Part shown: piece by piece, positions 1 to 14,200 of the stretch
Layout of the letters: each line of letters begins with the position of its first letter
Numbering within the stretch: position 1 is the first letter of the stretch
NCBI GenBank assembly: GCA_023231475.1
Contig: JALJEE010002346.1
Location: forward strand, 1-43,174
DNA: 43,174 nt
Direction of reading: 5' to 3'
Source of the DNA: Seison nebaliae
Lineage: Eukaryota
Translations under genes and position numbers: made by a program
The notes under the pieces: model-generated
The model's database searches: none
What the model was told of the DNA's origin: nothing
What the model saw: only the letters and a program-made list of their open reading frames with translations

Positions 1-141
1 GTTTTAAGGTTGAGAACTGTCCTTTATGTCCTGAAAACTTTATTAAGTGAAAAAAAAGGGGTTGAGAACTGTCCGAAAATGGGGTTGAGAACTGTCCTTT
101 TTTAGTAGTAAAATGGAAAGGTTGAGAACTGTCCGGATACC
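1..141. mobile_element. Right-hand terminus of a DNA transposon with subterminal repeats (Mutator/Phantom-like); the element body lies left of the window
   Basis: GGTTGAGAACTGTCC occurs four times (8-22, 60-74, 83-97, 120-134) and ends in GGATACC at 141. The reverse complement GGTATCCGGACAGTTCT resembles the terminus at 28742 (GGAATCACGGACAGTTCT), which is followed by MULE-like transposase debris. Confidence 0.6.
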
Positions 142-1149
142 AGTGCTGCATGTTGAAAGTAATAGACTAATCATATAATTCATATCAACTGTCAAGTAAC
201 ACGTAGAATTTCAATTAATTTTAAAATAAGTTTACGGAAAATATTTGTAATTATGATAGTTATTATTCATTTTTTTTCTTTTCTAAAGAAAGGATTATGA
301 AAATTCATGTCTTTTCCATAAATACGGCTTCTATGCCAGAATGACAATAATTAAAAGTAACTTTCAACATAATTATATCATATATAAAGGTATAATATCA
401 TTCGGCATTTCTCTTCAGAGTCCAAATGAGAAATGAGAAATTCAAAATATTCTCTTATTTGAAGACGAGATGTTGATGAAGAACAATGAAGATGTTTCGA
501 ATATGTATTATGACATGAAAATTTTAGCACTAACATTGATTTTCCATTCTTTCGCAATCACCCGAATCAAAACAACAAGAAAGAGCGCATAACCAAATTA
601 AAATCAGAAGTCATTTCAAGATGATTGTTGAATCATACGATGTTATTGAATTATCAAATCTATAACATATCATACTTTTAATGAAAATCTAATGAAATTT
701 TTGGACTATATTCCATTAAATTTGTTGAAACAATATTTTTATTATTCGGAACTATATCTTATGTTTTCCATTTGAGTTTTTGAAATCGATAATTTTTATT
801 GATCATTCTCTCAGACAATTAATCACACGGACGACATAACCATATTAGTAATATATCTAACCAAATTTGGACACGTGTTTCACAACATCGACGAATATAT
901 CGATGGAGATCTATGTTAATTTGAGATTTACAATAGGATTATTATTCATATTAGTCATTCGATCTCACATTTCAACGATTATAAACTATTCGACGAAATG
1001 TTCCTTTTTCGTGGTAGTTCGAACTGAAAGATCTTTTGTCTAAGAACTGGTCATATTCATTTAATTTGAGTTATGTTCTCCATCACTCAAGAGTTAGCTG
1101 TGAATGTAGGTCAATGCTGATCAGAACGTATGCGAGAACGTTGAAATGA

Positions 1150-1440
1150 CGGCAATTAATATAGCTGAAATAATATTACTTTTTACACTGTACAAAGATA
1201 GTGGAGTATTATCTTCGCGGTCGACAGAAACTTATTGAATTGATGTCAGTGATAAAAGAGCCGAATTATAATAATAATATGTTTTAAGGTCCAAATAAGA
1301 AGTTCTAATTTTTTTTTGCATATTTGGTACAACTTCAAATAATTTTCCATTAAGTAAATGTTGAATTATTTCAATACCTGCCGTGTGACTGATGTATGAC
1401 TGGATGAATGTAATATTGAAATATCTACCTACCAATTATC
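1150..1440 (-). pseudogene. Possible degenerate LTR-retrotransposon integrase Zn-binding (HHCC) remnant
   Basis: ORF 1232-1435 reads IQSYISHTAGIEIIQHLLNGKLFEVVPNMQKKIR, loosely like H..H.G......l...y.WP.M.kdI. No intact DDE core was seen. Confidence 0.2.
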
Positions 1441-4400
1441 GGACACATTCGGACAAAATTCGATAATCATTTTCACATAGAATTAATCCTCTTTTATTTC
1501 GTCAGTTTCTTTCTAATCATTCTTTCGTGACATTCAATGGTGTGGCAGTCGAAACAAACTTAAAAACCAGGAAACATTCCCCGTTTGTTCCGAGTTAACA
1601 CTAGAGATTAAATTTTCCATGTTTATGTCCCAATGTTCAACTGAATCATCAATCACTGATTCTACAATATTCCAATCAAATTATTGCGCATGTTGTGATT
1701 CTCGAATCAGAGTATATGATTATTTTTGTGCAAATCATTCTTCTTCTTATACTCATACATATGTATCGTCCCTAATAATTAAAATGAAATGAATATTATG
1801 ATTACGTTATATGTATATCTTCCATGATTGTAATGATGTGAAGGTTTTCCAAACTATATCATTTCCTCTTCATCTAGATTCTAGAAGAATAATAGTTCGA
1901 GAACGGATAATACACATACATATCATAGTTCAGTCATTGTTTGGTGAAATGAAAATCGACTATTCGTAATACTCGTTACCACAAAATAATTGGAAATAAT
2001 TATCAGAGACACAGAATAATCTTATTTACATTATTTTTCCAACTCATCTACTTTTTTTGTGATTAGTGTGAAATAAGTGATTATCACCATGATTGAAATT
2101 TACCATGAAAACAGCTGATAATAGATATTTCCTCTCTAGTAATTTATTGTTGAGTAATTATTGATGTCCTTGAATTGCATGAAACCTCGAGTATTACAAC
2201 CATTAGATTGAATGATTGAGAGTTTAATTGATCGGAGATTATTAAGAATGATAATCCATTAAGCGAATGACGACAGATTATTTAAAAAATAATCTTCATT
2301 GTTTTACTTATCGGGATGAATGTTAATGTTTCCTCTTTCCACATTCGAACACTTCAAATAACATGAGACTCGATATCTAACGAACCTCGTACATTATTGA
2401 TTGTGCAGGAAATGATATGATGAAAAAGTGAATGAAAATAATGATTATTTTTAAATTTCCCTCATCAATTTTTAGAGAAAATACTTTTAAAAAAATGAAT
2501 CATCTATCGTCGAATAAATTACAAATTAATCGTATCTCATTCTCTCAACAAGGAAGATGGATAACGAGAATAGATAGAATATTATTCGTTATGAAACAAA
2601 TTGATTGCCCACTCCATTGTTTTTTTTTACGTAACTTTGTTTCTTGTATCGATGAGTTAAACTGATTTCCGAATATATTTCTTTTTACTTATTGGAGGGA
2701 TTCAATTCGAGTTAGACGATTGTCGAAATGAAAATAACTTCCGAACACGATCATTCAATATTCGTTTCTCAAATTCGTTATTTTTCAATTGTCTATCGAG
2801 ACTCGTGTGTCCAACGAGGAATCCGGTTGGTGTTAATAAATTTTTTCCTCGGAAGTTATTTCTATGTGGTTTTTTTAGTAATTGTATTGCTATCAATTAT
2901 TTTATAGAAATATAAAGGTAAATACTTTTATATTCTTTTATTTTTTTTCCACGAACTAATATCAATTGATAGAACGAACGAGTTAAAGTCTATATTGAAA
3001 ATGATTAGAAGTCGAACATCTAATGTAGTTTAATGAAAAAGGAAATGTTCTTCCTTATTTCTGTTGAATATATTTCATCAATTTTTCCATACCAACCGAT
3101 CATTCAGAAATGGAGACAAACGAGCTGCATATTTGTTCCAAATTGTGAACGCCGTTAGCTTCTTGATTAATTGTCTAAGGGTTGAGAGCGAACAATCGAA
3201 ATTTCAGGAATTTTCTTTTACTTAAACCGTTCATTTCCACCTATTACATGTTCGTGGTATTCAGATGAAAGTATTTCGTGTATATGAATTAGCTAATATC
3301 TCCTCTTTTTTTACGAAAGGATATATGATAGAACAATTGAACTTGTTGTGGATTGTGAAGTAAGTAGAGATTGAATAAAATTCTTCCTCCCATTGCGACC
3401 ACTTTCATTTTCTTCCATAAATCATTTCAAATGAAATTTTATTACATGAGGTAACCTCACTTTTAACTGTTGCTATTACCAATTGTTGTTCTTCTGCTTT
3501 TCATTGTTGTTATTATTAGACTAATTGTTTTTCATTATTTCCTTTACTCTCATATTTCACATTCGCTTTCATATAAAGTAAACGGAAGTTCAACTAATGC
3601 TTCGTGATCGCCATTCAAAGAAATTCACGTGCGAACACTAAAGATGTTTTATCAGAAAACTAAAATATAATTGAAGATGTTCTCAATTCCGATATGTACA
3701 TAACATCGTCTTATAAGAATAACTTCCGAAGACAAAATAATAATTTCTCTTCAATTGCTTTTATTGTTCTTCATTCCATAGCCATATCTTACATTAAGTC
3801 AGTTATGTTATGGAATGTTATTGCAGTCTACTGATCCAACAATCGTTTCTATGTTAATTTACGACAATGTTCTTTATCAATCCTATTTTATCATATTCTT
3901 CAATATTTTCATTAGTCTGCAAAATTCGCTCAAAGAGTTGCTTCTTTAAACTTTGACAACTTTTGAATTTTTACGAGAACAAAGACTCGTAATTGCAGGA
4001 TGAATTTCCAGTTAAACTTAAAGAATTCAATATGTTAATGAATTTAATTTAGAACTGATAAATTAGTGAGTGTAAATTGTTGATCTTTTTAACTGTTGAA
4101 CTCAAACGAATTAACATAAAGTTGGTGATACGAATCGATAAAGTTTAATGAAAAGAAAAATTTTGTAATGTTAATTCTAATAATCATTTAGTCGATGGGA
4201 GTGAAGTGAGACAATGATATATATGAATTATAGTAAAATGAGTAATGATAAAAGAAATATTTTCATAACACCTTTGTCTTTCTCATCAGGTTAAATAATT
4301 AGGTCAAAAAAATTTCACAGCATAGAGGCTCATTAAACAACACTAAATACATCTTCTACTGAATTGAAAAAAAATGGTTTCGATTAAAACTATTAACATC

Positions 4401-4977
4401 GATTCCTCTTCAAACACATATTTGTGCTTTTTCCATATTCCGGTTCAATTTTAGTCAAAACTTATTTGTTTCTTTCATTGTCTATAAATTTTTATTGATC
4501 AAAAGGAATTTGGTTGTTCAACAATTGTTGTTCACATGCCAATTCTTCATTACGTAATTTAGTCTCATTCAAACATTTTACCACCTCACTAACTTTTTGA
4601 CCTACATTTACTAGTTTGTCTTTTATTTGAAACTTCAATTTAACAGAATATGATCATTAATATCGTTTATTGTTCACTATTTAGTTACCACAACAACATT
4701 AAATATTGGTGGTTTAATGATCATGAGCTGATCGATTAGTATTTCATATTTGCCTTTCGTTTTTTTTCTCCCTCATACGAGAATTCTCAATTCTTCTCAA
4801 TATTATTCCATGAACATTAATAAAATAATTGTATTCTATCGACATTCCATCGTATTGTAGAGGATTAGACTTTTTCTCATTTACAAAATAAAAATTTTTT
4901 CCTCAAAAACTTTTCAAAAAGGATTGAGTGATTTGCTTGATTGATTGATTGATTTGTTGATCAGTCGATCAGAGAAT

Positions 4978-7512
4978 ATGTTTCACGCTCTTCAATCCTT
5001 TACTGCTTCGATTAAACGAACGAGAAGCGAATCAGTTTATCAACAAGAAGAGAATCGATTGAAGAAACGGAAGAAGACGAAAAAGAATCATCTTCTTCCG
5101 AACTCTTCCAAGTTCCTCCAATCGATGCAGAATGTTCAAAACGATAGCGACTGCATTCCTTCCACCATATCTCAATTAACTTCTTTATCGAAGAGTGTTG
5201 AACTTCGACACTCTTCACAATTAGGCGAAAAGATTAATGAAAATTTACGAATATTTACTGGAAGTATAACGGACGACAATTCATCGCAATTGAATTTAGT
5301 AGGAAACTCTTATCGTTCATCGTATAATGGTGAGGGGGAGACGGAACCCAATTTCCACACGAGTAACAATGGTAACCGCAGAATAATGGATGAGAAATCG
5401 GAACTAACTGGAGAAGTTGAGAGTAATTGTTCTAATATGAATAATAGAATTAACTCTAATTTGTTACACCGTTCGTCTACCACCACCACCACTACTCCAT
5501 CCTCCATCCAAAAACAAATGACATTAATAACTAATGGTAATAACAAGGGAGAGAATACATTAGATGAAGATGATGGAATAAAAGAAGAGAATTATAAAGA
5601 CGATTTTCTTAGAGAGGATAATCGACTTGAGGTGAAAACGAAAGAGAATAAGGAGACTAACGAAAATATTGGAAAGGAAGAATTAATTGCCAAATGGTGT
5701 TTGGAGCAACAGAAATTCTCTCAACTTTCACTTAACCAAAATGAAGTGAGCAGTAATTCCGTTGACAACGATTTAGTGAATGATCAACATCCATGTCAAA
5801 CACAAATATTCCAACACGACGACCTATCACATAACTCACCAAACAACATCAACGATACAAACGATAGAAGTATTGAGAAGAAAGGAGAGAATAAGAAAAA
5901 ACCTCATTTGGCAGATAGCGGAAGTCAGGATGGCAGTCTACTTCATTCTGTAACGAAGAACTCAATACCCAATCACCAACAGCATATCGACAGAAGTTGG
6001 AACAATTGCGAACGATTCTCAAAAGGGGAAAATGATCCATTACGCAACCAACTGAATTTAAGTGATTTTAGGGAAGAAGAAGAAGGCAAAGACGACGACG
6101 AAAATAAAAATAATATATCATCAGCTGAAGTTCATTTATGTTGTTTAAATACGGAGGAAGATTTCGAGAGTATATCAATTGAAGAAAATGAGAAGAAATC
6201 GTTAGATGTTATTGCAACAGATATTCATGTTGATGATGATGATGATGATAATAATAATAATTCGTTGTACCACAATCTGTATTGTTTCGAACAATCATTG
6301 CCATTAAGTCTCTCGCATTCGACGATTACGGTGAATGATATTGATTTATCACACAGTATTGACTGTGGCTCGTTTCCTAATAAAACGAACAATAATTCTT
6401 TATTAAATAACCAAACTTTACCGTCAACGGATATCAGACACAACAAGTGCGCAGTGGGTAATTCTATTAATTCGACATTCCATACATCATCTTCAAATAC
6501 ATCATTCCCGTGTAACTCTTCAGATGTTCCGTCGTCAACTTCCATATCAACCAAATCGACTATGGGAGAACCATCAGTATCATCATCTTCTAAAATTTAT
6601 GAGAAGTTGACAATAGATGAACAAATGAAGGAGAATGTTGACGAGCAATCGAATATAGAGGAAGATTGGATGGCTCGTGAACCTCCCTCTAATGACATAT
6701 CATCCGACTCTATGGAATATTCGTCATTAGCCGACCATCATCAAATTATTTCAAGGGGTGAAGATATTGAAAAAGTTCTGTGTATTTCATCAGCTTCAAC
6801 AGGATCATCCTCTTCGACGACATCCCTCTACGAAGAACGACGAGATCGTCCTTATGCAATAAATAATAGTAAGTTGAGAGTTAAGGAACGTATCGAACTA
6901 TATATGGCATCAACCGAAACAAATTTAATGAATAGTTCGGGAGAACATACCAATGCAGGAACAATAGGAAAATCCGATGAGATTATTACGAAAGATAATG
7001 AGATATTATTGCCAAAGCATCCGTTCAATGACACTCAACCAACTTATGAAAATTGTGAAACATTTTTTCGTCCTTCCTCTCCCAAAATCTATGAAAGCGA
7101 TCGGCCAATCCAAAAATCATCAACAACATCTTCTTCAACGACTCCTATCATACTCACAACAACCGTCACATCGCATCACCAAATGAATGTTATGGAGTAC
7201 ACTTCACCCGAAATGACAATGACTAATTTGAATGTGAATGATGATTTAATGATAAAGAATTATCATAATATGAGCAAGATCATCAATTGCCATCTTAATA
7301 ATAACACCGCCAAGAATACCTGCGAGAAAAAGAACAAAAATAAAATAAATGATTTCTTAACGGATGATGATCATATAGATAAGGATCAATCATCATTAAT
7401 GACCACATCTCTCATCGAAGTGAATGCAAAGAATGCATTTCGTCGAAATCTTCCAGCATTTGGAATTGGTAAAAATATTAGACAGAATCCATTCGTTTTA
7501 AACGATCATAAA
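4978..7512 (+). CDS. Large N/S/D/E-rich low-complexity coding exon (about 845 aa); either its own gene or an upstream exon of the liprin-beta locus
   Basis: 2.6-kb uninterrupted frame in AT-rich DNA. First ATG at 4978. Candidate donor AAA|GTTTGT at 7513, after which the frame becomes intron-like. Basic NLS-like KKRKKTKK near the N-terminus. No recognisable domain. Confidence 0.7.
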
Positions 7513-10500
7513 GTTTGTATTAGATTTATGGATCAACTTCTCATAATCCACTTACTCAACTTTTCATCAATTTCACTATTATACATTTAATTCTATCAAA
7601 TTCCATTTCAGATAAGTAACTTCGTTAAACTTTTCTTTTAGCATCCCATTAATGTTATTTAATTGTCAGGGGCAGATCATTTGTCGAATTTACAAGGACC
7701 ATTAAGAATTTCTAAATGTAAAAATTAATTAAACCATATAATTATATAACTTTTTAATTATCTAATTTTTAGTATTCAACTTTAGAAATTAAACTTAAAG
7801 AGGAGAAATAAATTAATAAAAATTAAAATTATTTTAGTTGCATGAGATGATATCGTGCTTCCCCGTTTCTCCTTTTATTCATTCTCTATGAAATTGTAGA
7901 AGAGTTATGCAAATAAAATGAGGAGAATCTGTTCTCATGTAAAATTGATTCGAAAATCATTTTAAAGGATCTGATTACATAACTTCTTAAATTCCCTTCG
8001 TTCAATTTTTTTCCATCTATAATCTTCTTTTCTTCCCAATATTATAGCTTCAAAGTCGTTTACTAGACAATATTGAATTCGATGAAATGATAACAAATAA
8101 GAAGAACAATATTTACCCAGAAGAGAAATCGGCTTCCAATCTCGATGTGTTCTTCGAAAGTACGAAGCTAAAAGTGGAAGAAGAACTGGGACAAAAACAA
8201 TCAAGTTATTTTCCTTAATACTCCTTTATCCAAACATTCGACGTAAAGACGAAAAATGAATGGAAAGAAACATTTTCCTTTCTTAGGAAATCGTCACCAA
8301 AAAATATTTATGATATCTTATTGTACTCTCAATTTTTCTAGTTTGCTCATTAATATACATGTAAATATCTAGAGAATGAGAATGTTCTTCTTCGAAGAGA
8401 TTCTTGCGAAACGGATGTGGTTGACTGATACTAAATCAATCAATAAAAAGATAAATGAACTGGGAAGGCTCTCCACTTCGGAAGACTTTATTTCTTCCCT
8501 ACCAAATTAGTGATATTTGGGACGGTTTGAGAAGATTGAAGTATGTAGTAGTTCTTTTATGTGTATCATCGTTTTTCTTGTGGGAATGTTACTCCTCTTA
8601 ATAACAGATAGAATAGTATGGTTATTATAGTTATTATAATGGGAAAAGATTTTCTTTTCAAGGGAACAACGACGACTACATGCACTTCTTTCTTTTCGTG
8701 ACATATGACAATTGTTTCTTAGGGCAACATGTTTATAAATTTTTTTTGTTCTACTCTTCTAAGGTAGCAGGAGTAATTCATTGATGCTTCTGTAAGTGAA
8801 GTGCTGTACATTCACTTCTTTGTGTTAGGCGCTCTCGTCTCTGCACTTGGAGATTTGAGATGTAAATTGAAATTATGCTCTTTTTCATTCGTCCAACTCC
8901 ATAGGTGAAGGTACACATGATTATCGGGAGGTTGTTTAAAAAGAAATTATATATTGCGCTTAAGCAAATAAATATGTGAACTGATAATAATTATTCGTCT
9001 AATCGTTGATATGTTTCCTAAATTTCTATTCTATTCAGTCTATAATAGTCATTTACGCATTTGATAGTTAAGCAGATTAATCAACTACATCAACCGCAAA
9101 CATATAGTGTAGATGAATTGAAATTGGAAATTTTCGGAAATCGTTTGGACATATGAGTAGTTCGACGATTAATGTTCCTTCCTTCCTTCCTTTTCTAGTG
9201 GTTATTATACTCATTTTATTGAAATGGTCTTTTGTATACAGTCGATGTGGCTTTGGAAGTGAGTAAGTACAAAAATAATATAGATCAAATGTGGAAGTCT
9301 AGTAGGTTTGTATATATGTCTTTGTGCACTCGCCTACTGGAAATAGAGAGTACATGTATGTCTGCTTTCAGCTAAAAAAGTATGAAGAGAATTATCGTTA
9401 GTCGATGAAATTGGAAAAATTATTTTTCGCATAAGGGGAAATAAAGAGTAAGACGAAAATGAAATTGGAAATAACCATCGATGGACATCTGCCGCTTCGA
9501 ATAATATGTATATATCATTCTTCTCCTCAATAACCATATGAGCATCAGAGTTTCGTGAAGTAAATAAAATGAATGAAATTGGATCGCTTCTCTATTGATC
9601 GAAAAGACGATAGAAGTAATGTATAATTGATGGGGAGATAAATTGACACAAGTTCATTTTCAGAAAGATATCAAAACTCATGTGCCAAAAAAGGTTCTCG
9701 TAATTGTTGAATATTATTAATTCTCTCGACTATCAATGTCAATTAATAATTAATTATATTTTCTCATGATACTCTTCTTTCTAACGAAATACATCTCAAT
9801 TGCACCAATGTAAGCATATTATGAGATTATGAATGGAATGAAAGGGAATATCTCCATTAACTATCAATGGCTGTGAAAGTATGGACTTATGATTTCTTTA
9901 GTCAGCAAAAAAATTATTATATTCCCTGACTATTTCGTAGGTAGACTTAATAATGAATAAGATACGATTTCGTTTTGTTTTCAGTCGGGGCAGATTATAC
10001 CAATTTGAATAAAAATTGCTTTTCACCTTCATAATCAATTTGCTTATCCGTTAATCCGCTTGATAAGAAGACTGCACGAATAAACTGTCAATTAAAGACA
10101 GCTGTCTTTTTTTAATGACGATATATGTGTAAATATAAAATGTTCTCCTTCATATATTCTAAATGGACATTTTTTCTTTGAAATTTGTATGGATTTCAAT
10201 AATTCATTTTAAATTAAATTTAGGTGCAGTGCATAATCTTAATCAAAAATATGCATGAATATGAAAATTCATAATTCCTATTTTTTTACTTCGTACAATT
10301 TGAAAAAGTTTCGAAAATTTTTTTGAAAGAAGAATTTGAATTATGTAATATAAATGGGTAACATAAAGACCAAGAAGTAAATGGAATGACGGAATGATTA
10401 CGTTAAGAAATATAAAAAAGTGAAGTATGAAAATTCAGTATTTTAGTGTGAGGAATATTGGATAACGTCACTCATTTTTATTCAATTACTTTATCTATTA

Positions 10501-11280
10501 ATTTGTGCTTTATTTGGAATGAACATTTCTTTTCGAAGAGATGTTGATGCACAGTCCGAAGTAAAAATAGAATTTTCTTAGAAAGTTGTTTTATCTTTCC
10601 AAACACACATGTGTGTATGATAAGTATCATTAACTCACGAATGGCACCGATGATCAGACCGACGATGAGAAATAGATGAAACTTATATAACATTCGTTTC
10701 ATTCAAAGAAACATGTTTGTGTTGGAACCGACATGCAACTTCAATGGATAAATAGTCAGTTGCCACTGAACATGTTCAAACGAAAGACCGTTCGATAATA
10801 AGATAGCGTGTGGAGATTATATCCATAATTTCCTTTACCGTACGTTTAGGTAATAAAGGGAATTCTTTTTCATATTTAATATTCATTTATAGGATTCATT
10901 TAAAGAATTCATTTAACGGATTTGATGATATAATTATGGAATAATTGTATATCTTCCCCAACGATGATATTTCAAGAAAAAGAAAATGTTTCACGAAAAA
11001 CACTTACGTAATGTTGTATGAGGAAGGAAAGAATGGGAAAGAAGATTCTTCTGATAATGATGGAAGATTTATCATTTGTCTTTCCATCTATTGTGTAAAT
11101 GGTCCTTATGATAACATGAGAATGATGTTGGGTGGATGGTAGTGACGAATTGTCTTAATAAAACTGATCATGTTCTAAGACTATTAGATTGAAGATGGCT
11201 CTAGTGGAGCTGGAAGAAATAAGAATAATTAAAGACGAATTGTTCCATATGAATGTTGATTTTTTAATTTCTTTTAGTAG

Positions 11281-14200
11281 ATAAAGTGTCAGACGACGGA
11301 AAGAAGCATCAATCCTTCATAACAATACATTCGTCGAATCCATTAATTACACCATCAACAAATCAGATTATATGCTCAACAGTGGAAACGTTAACAACAA
11401 CAATAGCTACATCGATTACTTCGACAAACACTCGTAACGATTACCATTCGACGAATGCATCGAATAGTGAATATGTAACTATTGTGGCTGGTCGTACTTC
11501 GAAGAGCGAAGGCAAGGTCAAAGAGCATATTCAGATGGGTAATACGTCGACAGCGAATTGTATAACGAAACAGATGGAGAAGAATCAACTCTCTCAATCG
11601 ACGAATGAATTGTTGGAGAATATGCGATTAATATCGGAAGATATCATATTCCGAAATGAGAATACGGATAGTGAAATGTTCGAGGAGAAACAACCAGAAC
11701 ATTATGAGCAATTAGATAACGATCATAATAATGATCAGCATGACGACCAGATACCGATAGGTATGATGCATAAAAATGAGATGAATGTTCCTCAATCAGA
11801 TGATTGCCATATATCAGTCATATCGAATGAACAGCAAAATATGATGCATAAGGAAAAGATACAACAAGAATTATTGCATCAAATCGATCTTCTTCGAACG
11901 TCATTAGCGAATCTTAATGTTATGGAGCCGAAGACAAATAACAGTCATGATGATCATGAGAATGATGATGGAGAAGATGAAGAAAGGAAAAAGATCAATC
12001 AGAATAATTGCATGCAAAAGAAGAATGGGCCAGATCTGCTTTCCCTAATTGGAATCGAACATCAGTGTAATGATATGTTTATTGAAGAAATGAGGACAGA
12101 AAAGAAATGTTCAAAGTCAATAATTCATACATCAAATCAACAAACGACAAAGGATGAAAATATAATTCCTAATTTCGCCAACTCTCCACCTGACCATCTA
12201 AAGAGTATGTCGAATAATAATAATAATAATAATAACGAGAATAAAATTAACCAGAAATCGAATCCGTTAGTGAACATCACTGACAATGATTATAAACGTT
12301 TACTTGACTTATTTGCATATCCGTTGGCGAATGATGAGAATAACATCAATGAAATATTACAAAGAATTGAATCATTCAATTTAAATGAATTACTTCATCT
12401 CACCAATAAGAAGAAGAGTAAAGAGCCATCATCTTCTTCTTCATCGTCTTCACTTTATCGACAAATTGATATGAAAAACATTCGAACAAACAATGGCGAC
12501 TCGACAGTTGATAGTTTGCTAAGTTCAGTCGAAAGAGAGAAGTTCCATCCTGCTAAATCAACATCGAAGACTTCATCCAATTATTCGACATCTACCTCTA
12601 ATGATTGTCTTATTCATGACCATGTTGATGCAGCGAGTAATTCATCTTCCAGCGGTACATCTAGCGCTATATGTATCTCCTCTAGTCCCGATAACGTGGT
12701 GGAGAAGCACCGTTCGAAATTTCTGAATACTTGTCTGCATAACATTCAAGAGCAAGATTCGGACGCTGGATTCACTGACTCACCTACTAAACATGATAAA
12801 TGTTTTACCAAGACCAAACAACATACAGCTCTGGCCAATTCGTCTGGTGAAGAGATTTCTTCCATGAGTTGCGACTTAGGCTACGCAGCTAGTCATACCA
12901 GTCTCAGTCAGCAGAATTCAACGATCGAATCATCAGTCTCCGACAAGAGTAGTCAAAAGAAGTCATCATCTCCTCAATTTGTTAAGGAAAGAATGAATTC
13001 CCATCTTTGTCATTCTCACAACGACGAATTGTTCGATTCGTCCGACAATCAAAGTATGAACAATTTCACACAACTCAAACAAACGATGAACGATTTGGTG
13101 AAAGCGAATGTGGAAAAGGAGCAAGAGATCGATGAATTGAGGAAACAATTGTCTCGATTTAAACGAATTCAAGATCTACTTCTAACTATCGAAGCGACGA
13201 AACAAGCAATCAATCAGAATGGGAGTGGAAACAATATCTCCAATATACAGACAATTGGATCACATAATATGAATAATTCATTTCATCCTCAAATCATCGA
13301 ATCACAAATTGAACAACCCAAAGAATTTTTCAATAATTTTCCAACCAATTCATCATTCCCATCAGCCATTCCGCCAATTAATACACAGAACGTGAACTCA
13401 CATAATTTCTCCGTTAATCATCCGATGAGTGCATTAAATACATTTAATCGACAACAGCCAAATCTACCGGTAAATGAAAGTATTATATCACAAAAAACTC
13501 CTCTGCCATTTCCTTCAGAATATGATAAATCCATATCAACATCAACGAACTTGAAATCCAGTCCTGTATCACCAAAATTCGAAAGATTTAGCGACATTCA
13601 TACACAAAGTTGTCGATTTCCAAATAACGTTAAAATTTATATTTGAAAATTTATTATAATCATTATACACTTCAGATTAATGATAAAATGAAATTAAAAT
13701 ACTCCCAACAATTAGAACGAAGACGACAACCGACTAGTTAGTTCTTTCTTCCTATCTTTTTCATTTGGGTGATTTGTTGTATAATATTGTTTGTTAATTT
13801 TACTTAATATATTTTCAATTTAACTTTAAAGAAGCGGAATATCATTTTCTTAATGATAAGGAGAATAAGGCTAAACTTCCACCAAAATTCCCAAAAACTA
13901 AATCTTTCATATCTCCATCAACTTCGAATCATCACTATCAATTATATGATAATCTTCACCATAATGGAAATGAATATGAAACTGTAAAAAATCCATTAAA
14001 ACGAACTAAAACTGCTCATGTGATGAGGAAGCAAACTAAAATAAATTCGGAAAATGATATGAAATCCAAGAAGGATCAATCATCTTCCTCAGCCATATCT
14101 TCTCATAGATCATTTAGAATAATAAAATCCGTCAATTTATCTAATATCATTACATATCGAAGTGCAAGTGCCATGCCTATTATGCAGAAGAAAAATAATG

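Noticed and set aside
8..134. CRISPR-like repeat-spacer array (also 28750-28852 and 42398-42593)
   Set aside because: Repeats are 11-17 bp with irregular low-complexity spacers, the context is eukaryotic, and there are no cas genes. Transposon subterminal repeats explain them better.
7900..8950. Possible R4-like retroelement remnant
   Set aside because: Only vague scraps, with no unambiguous motif.
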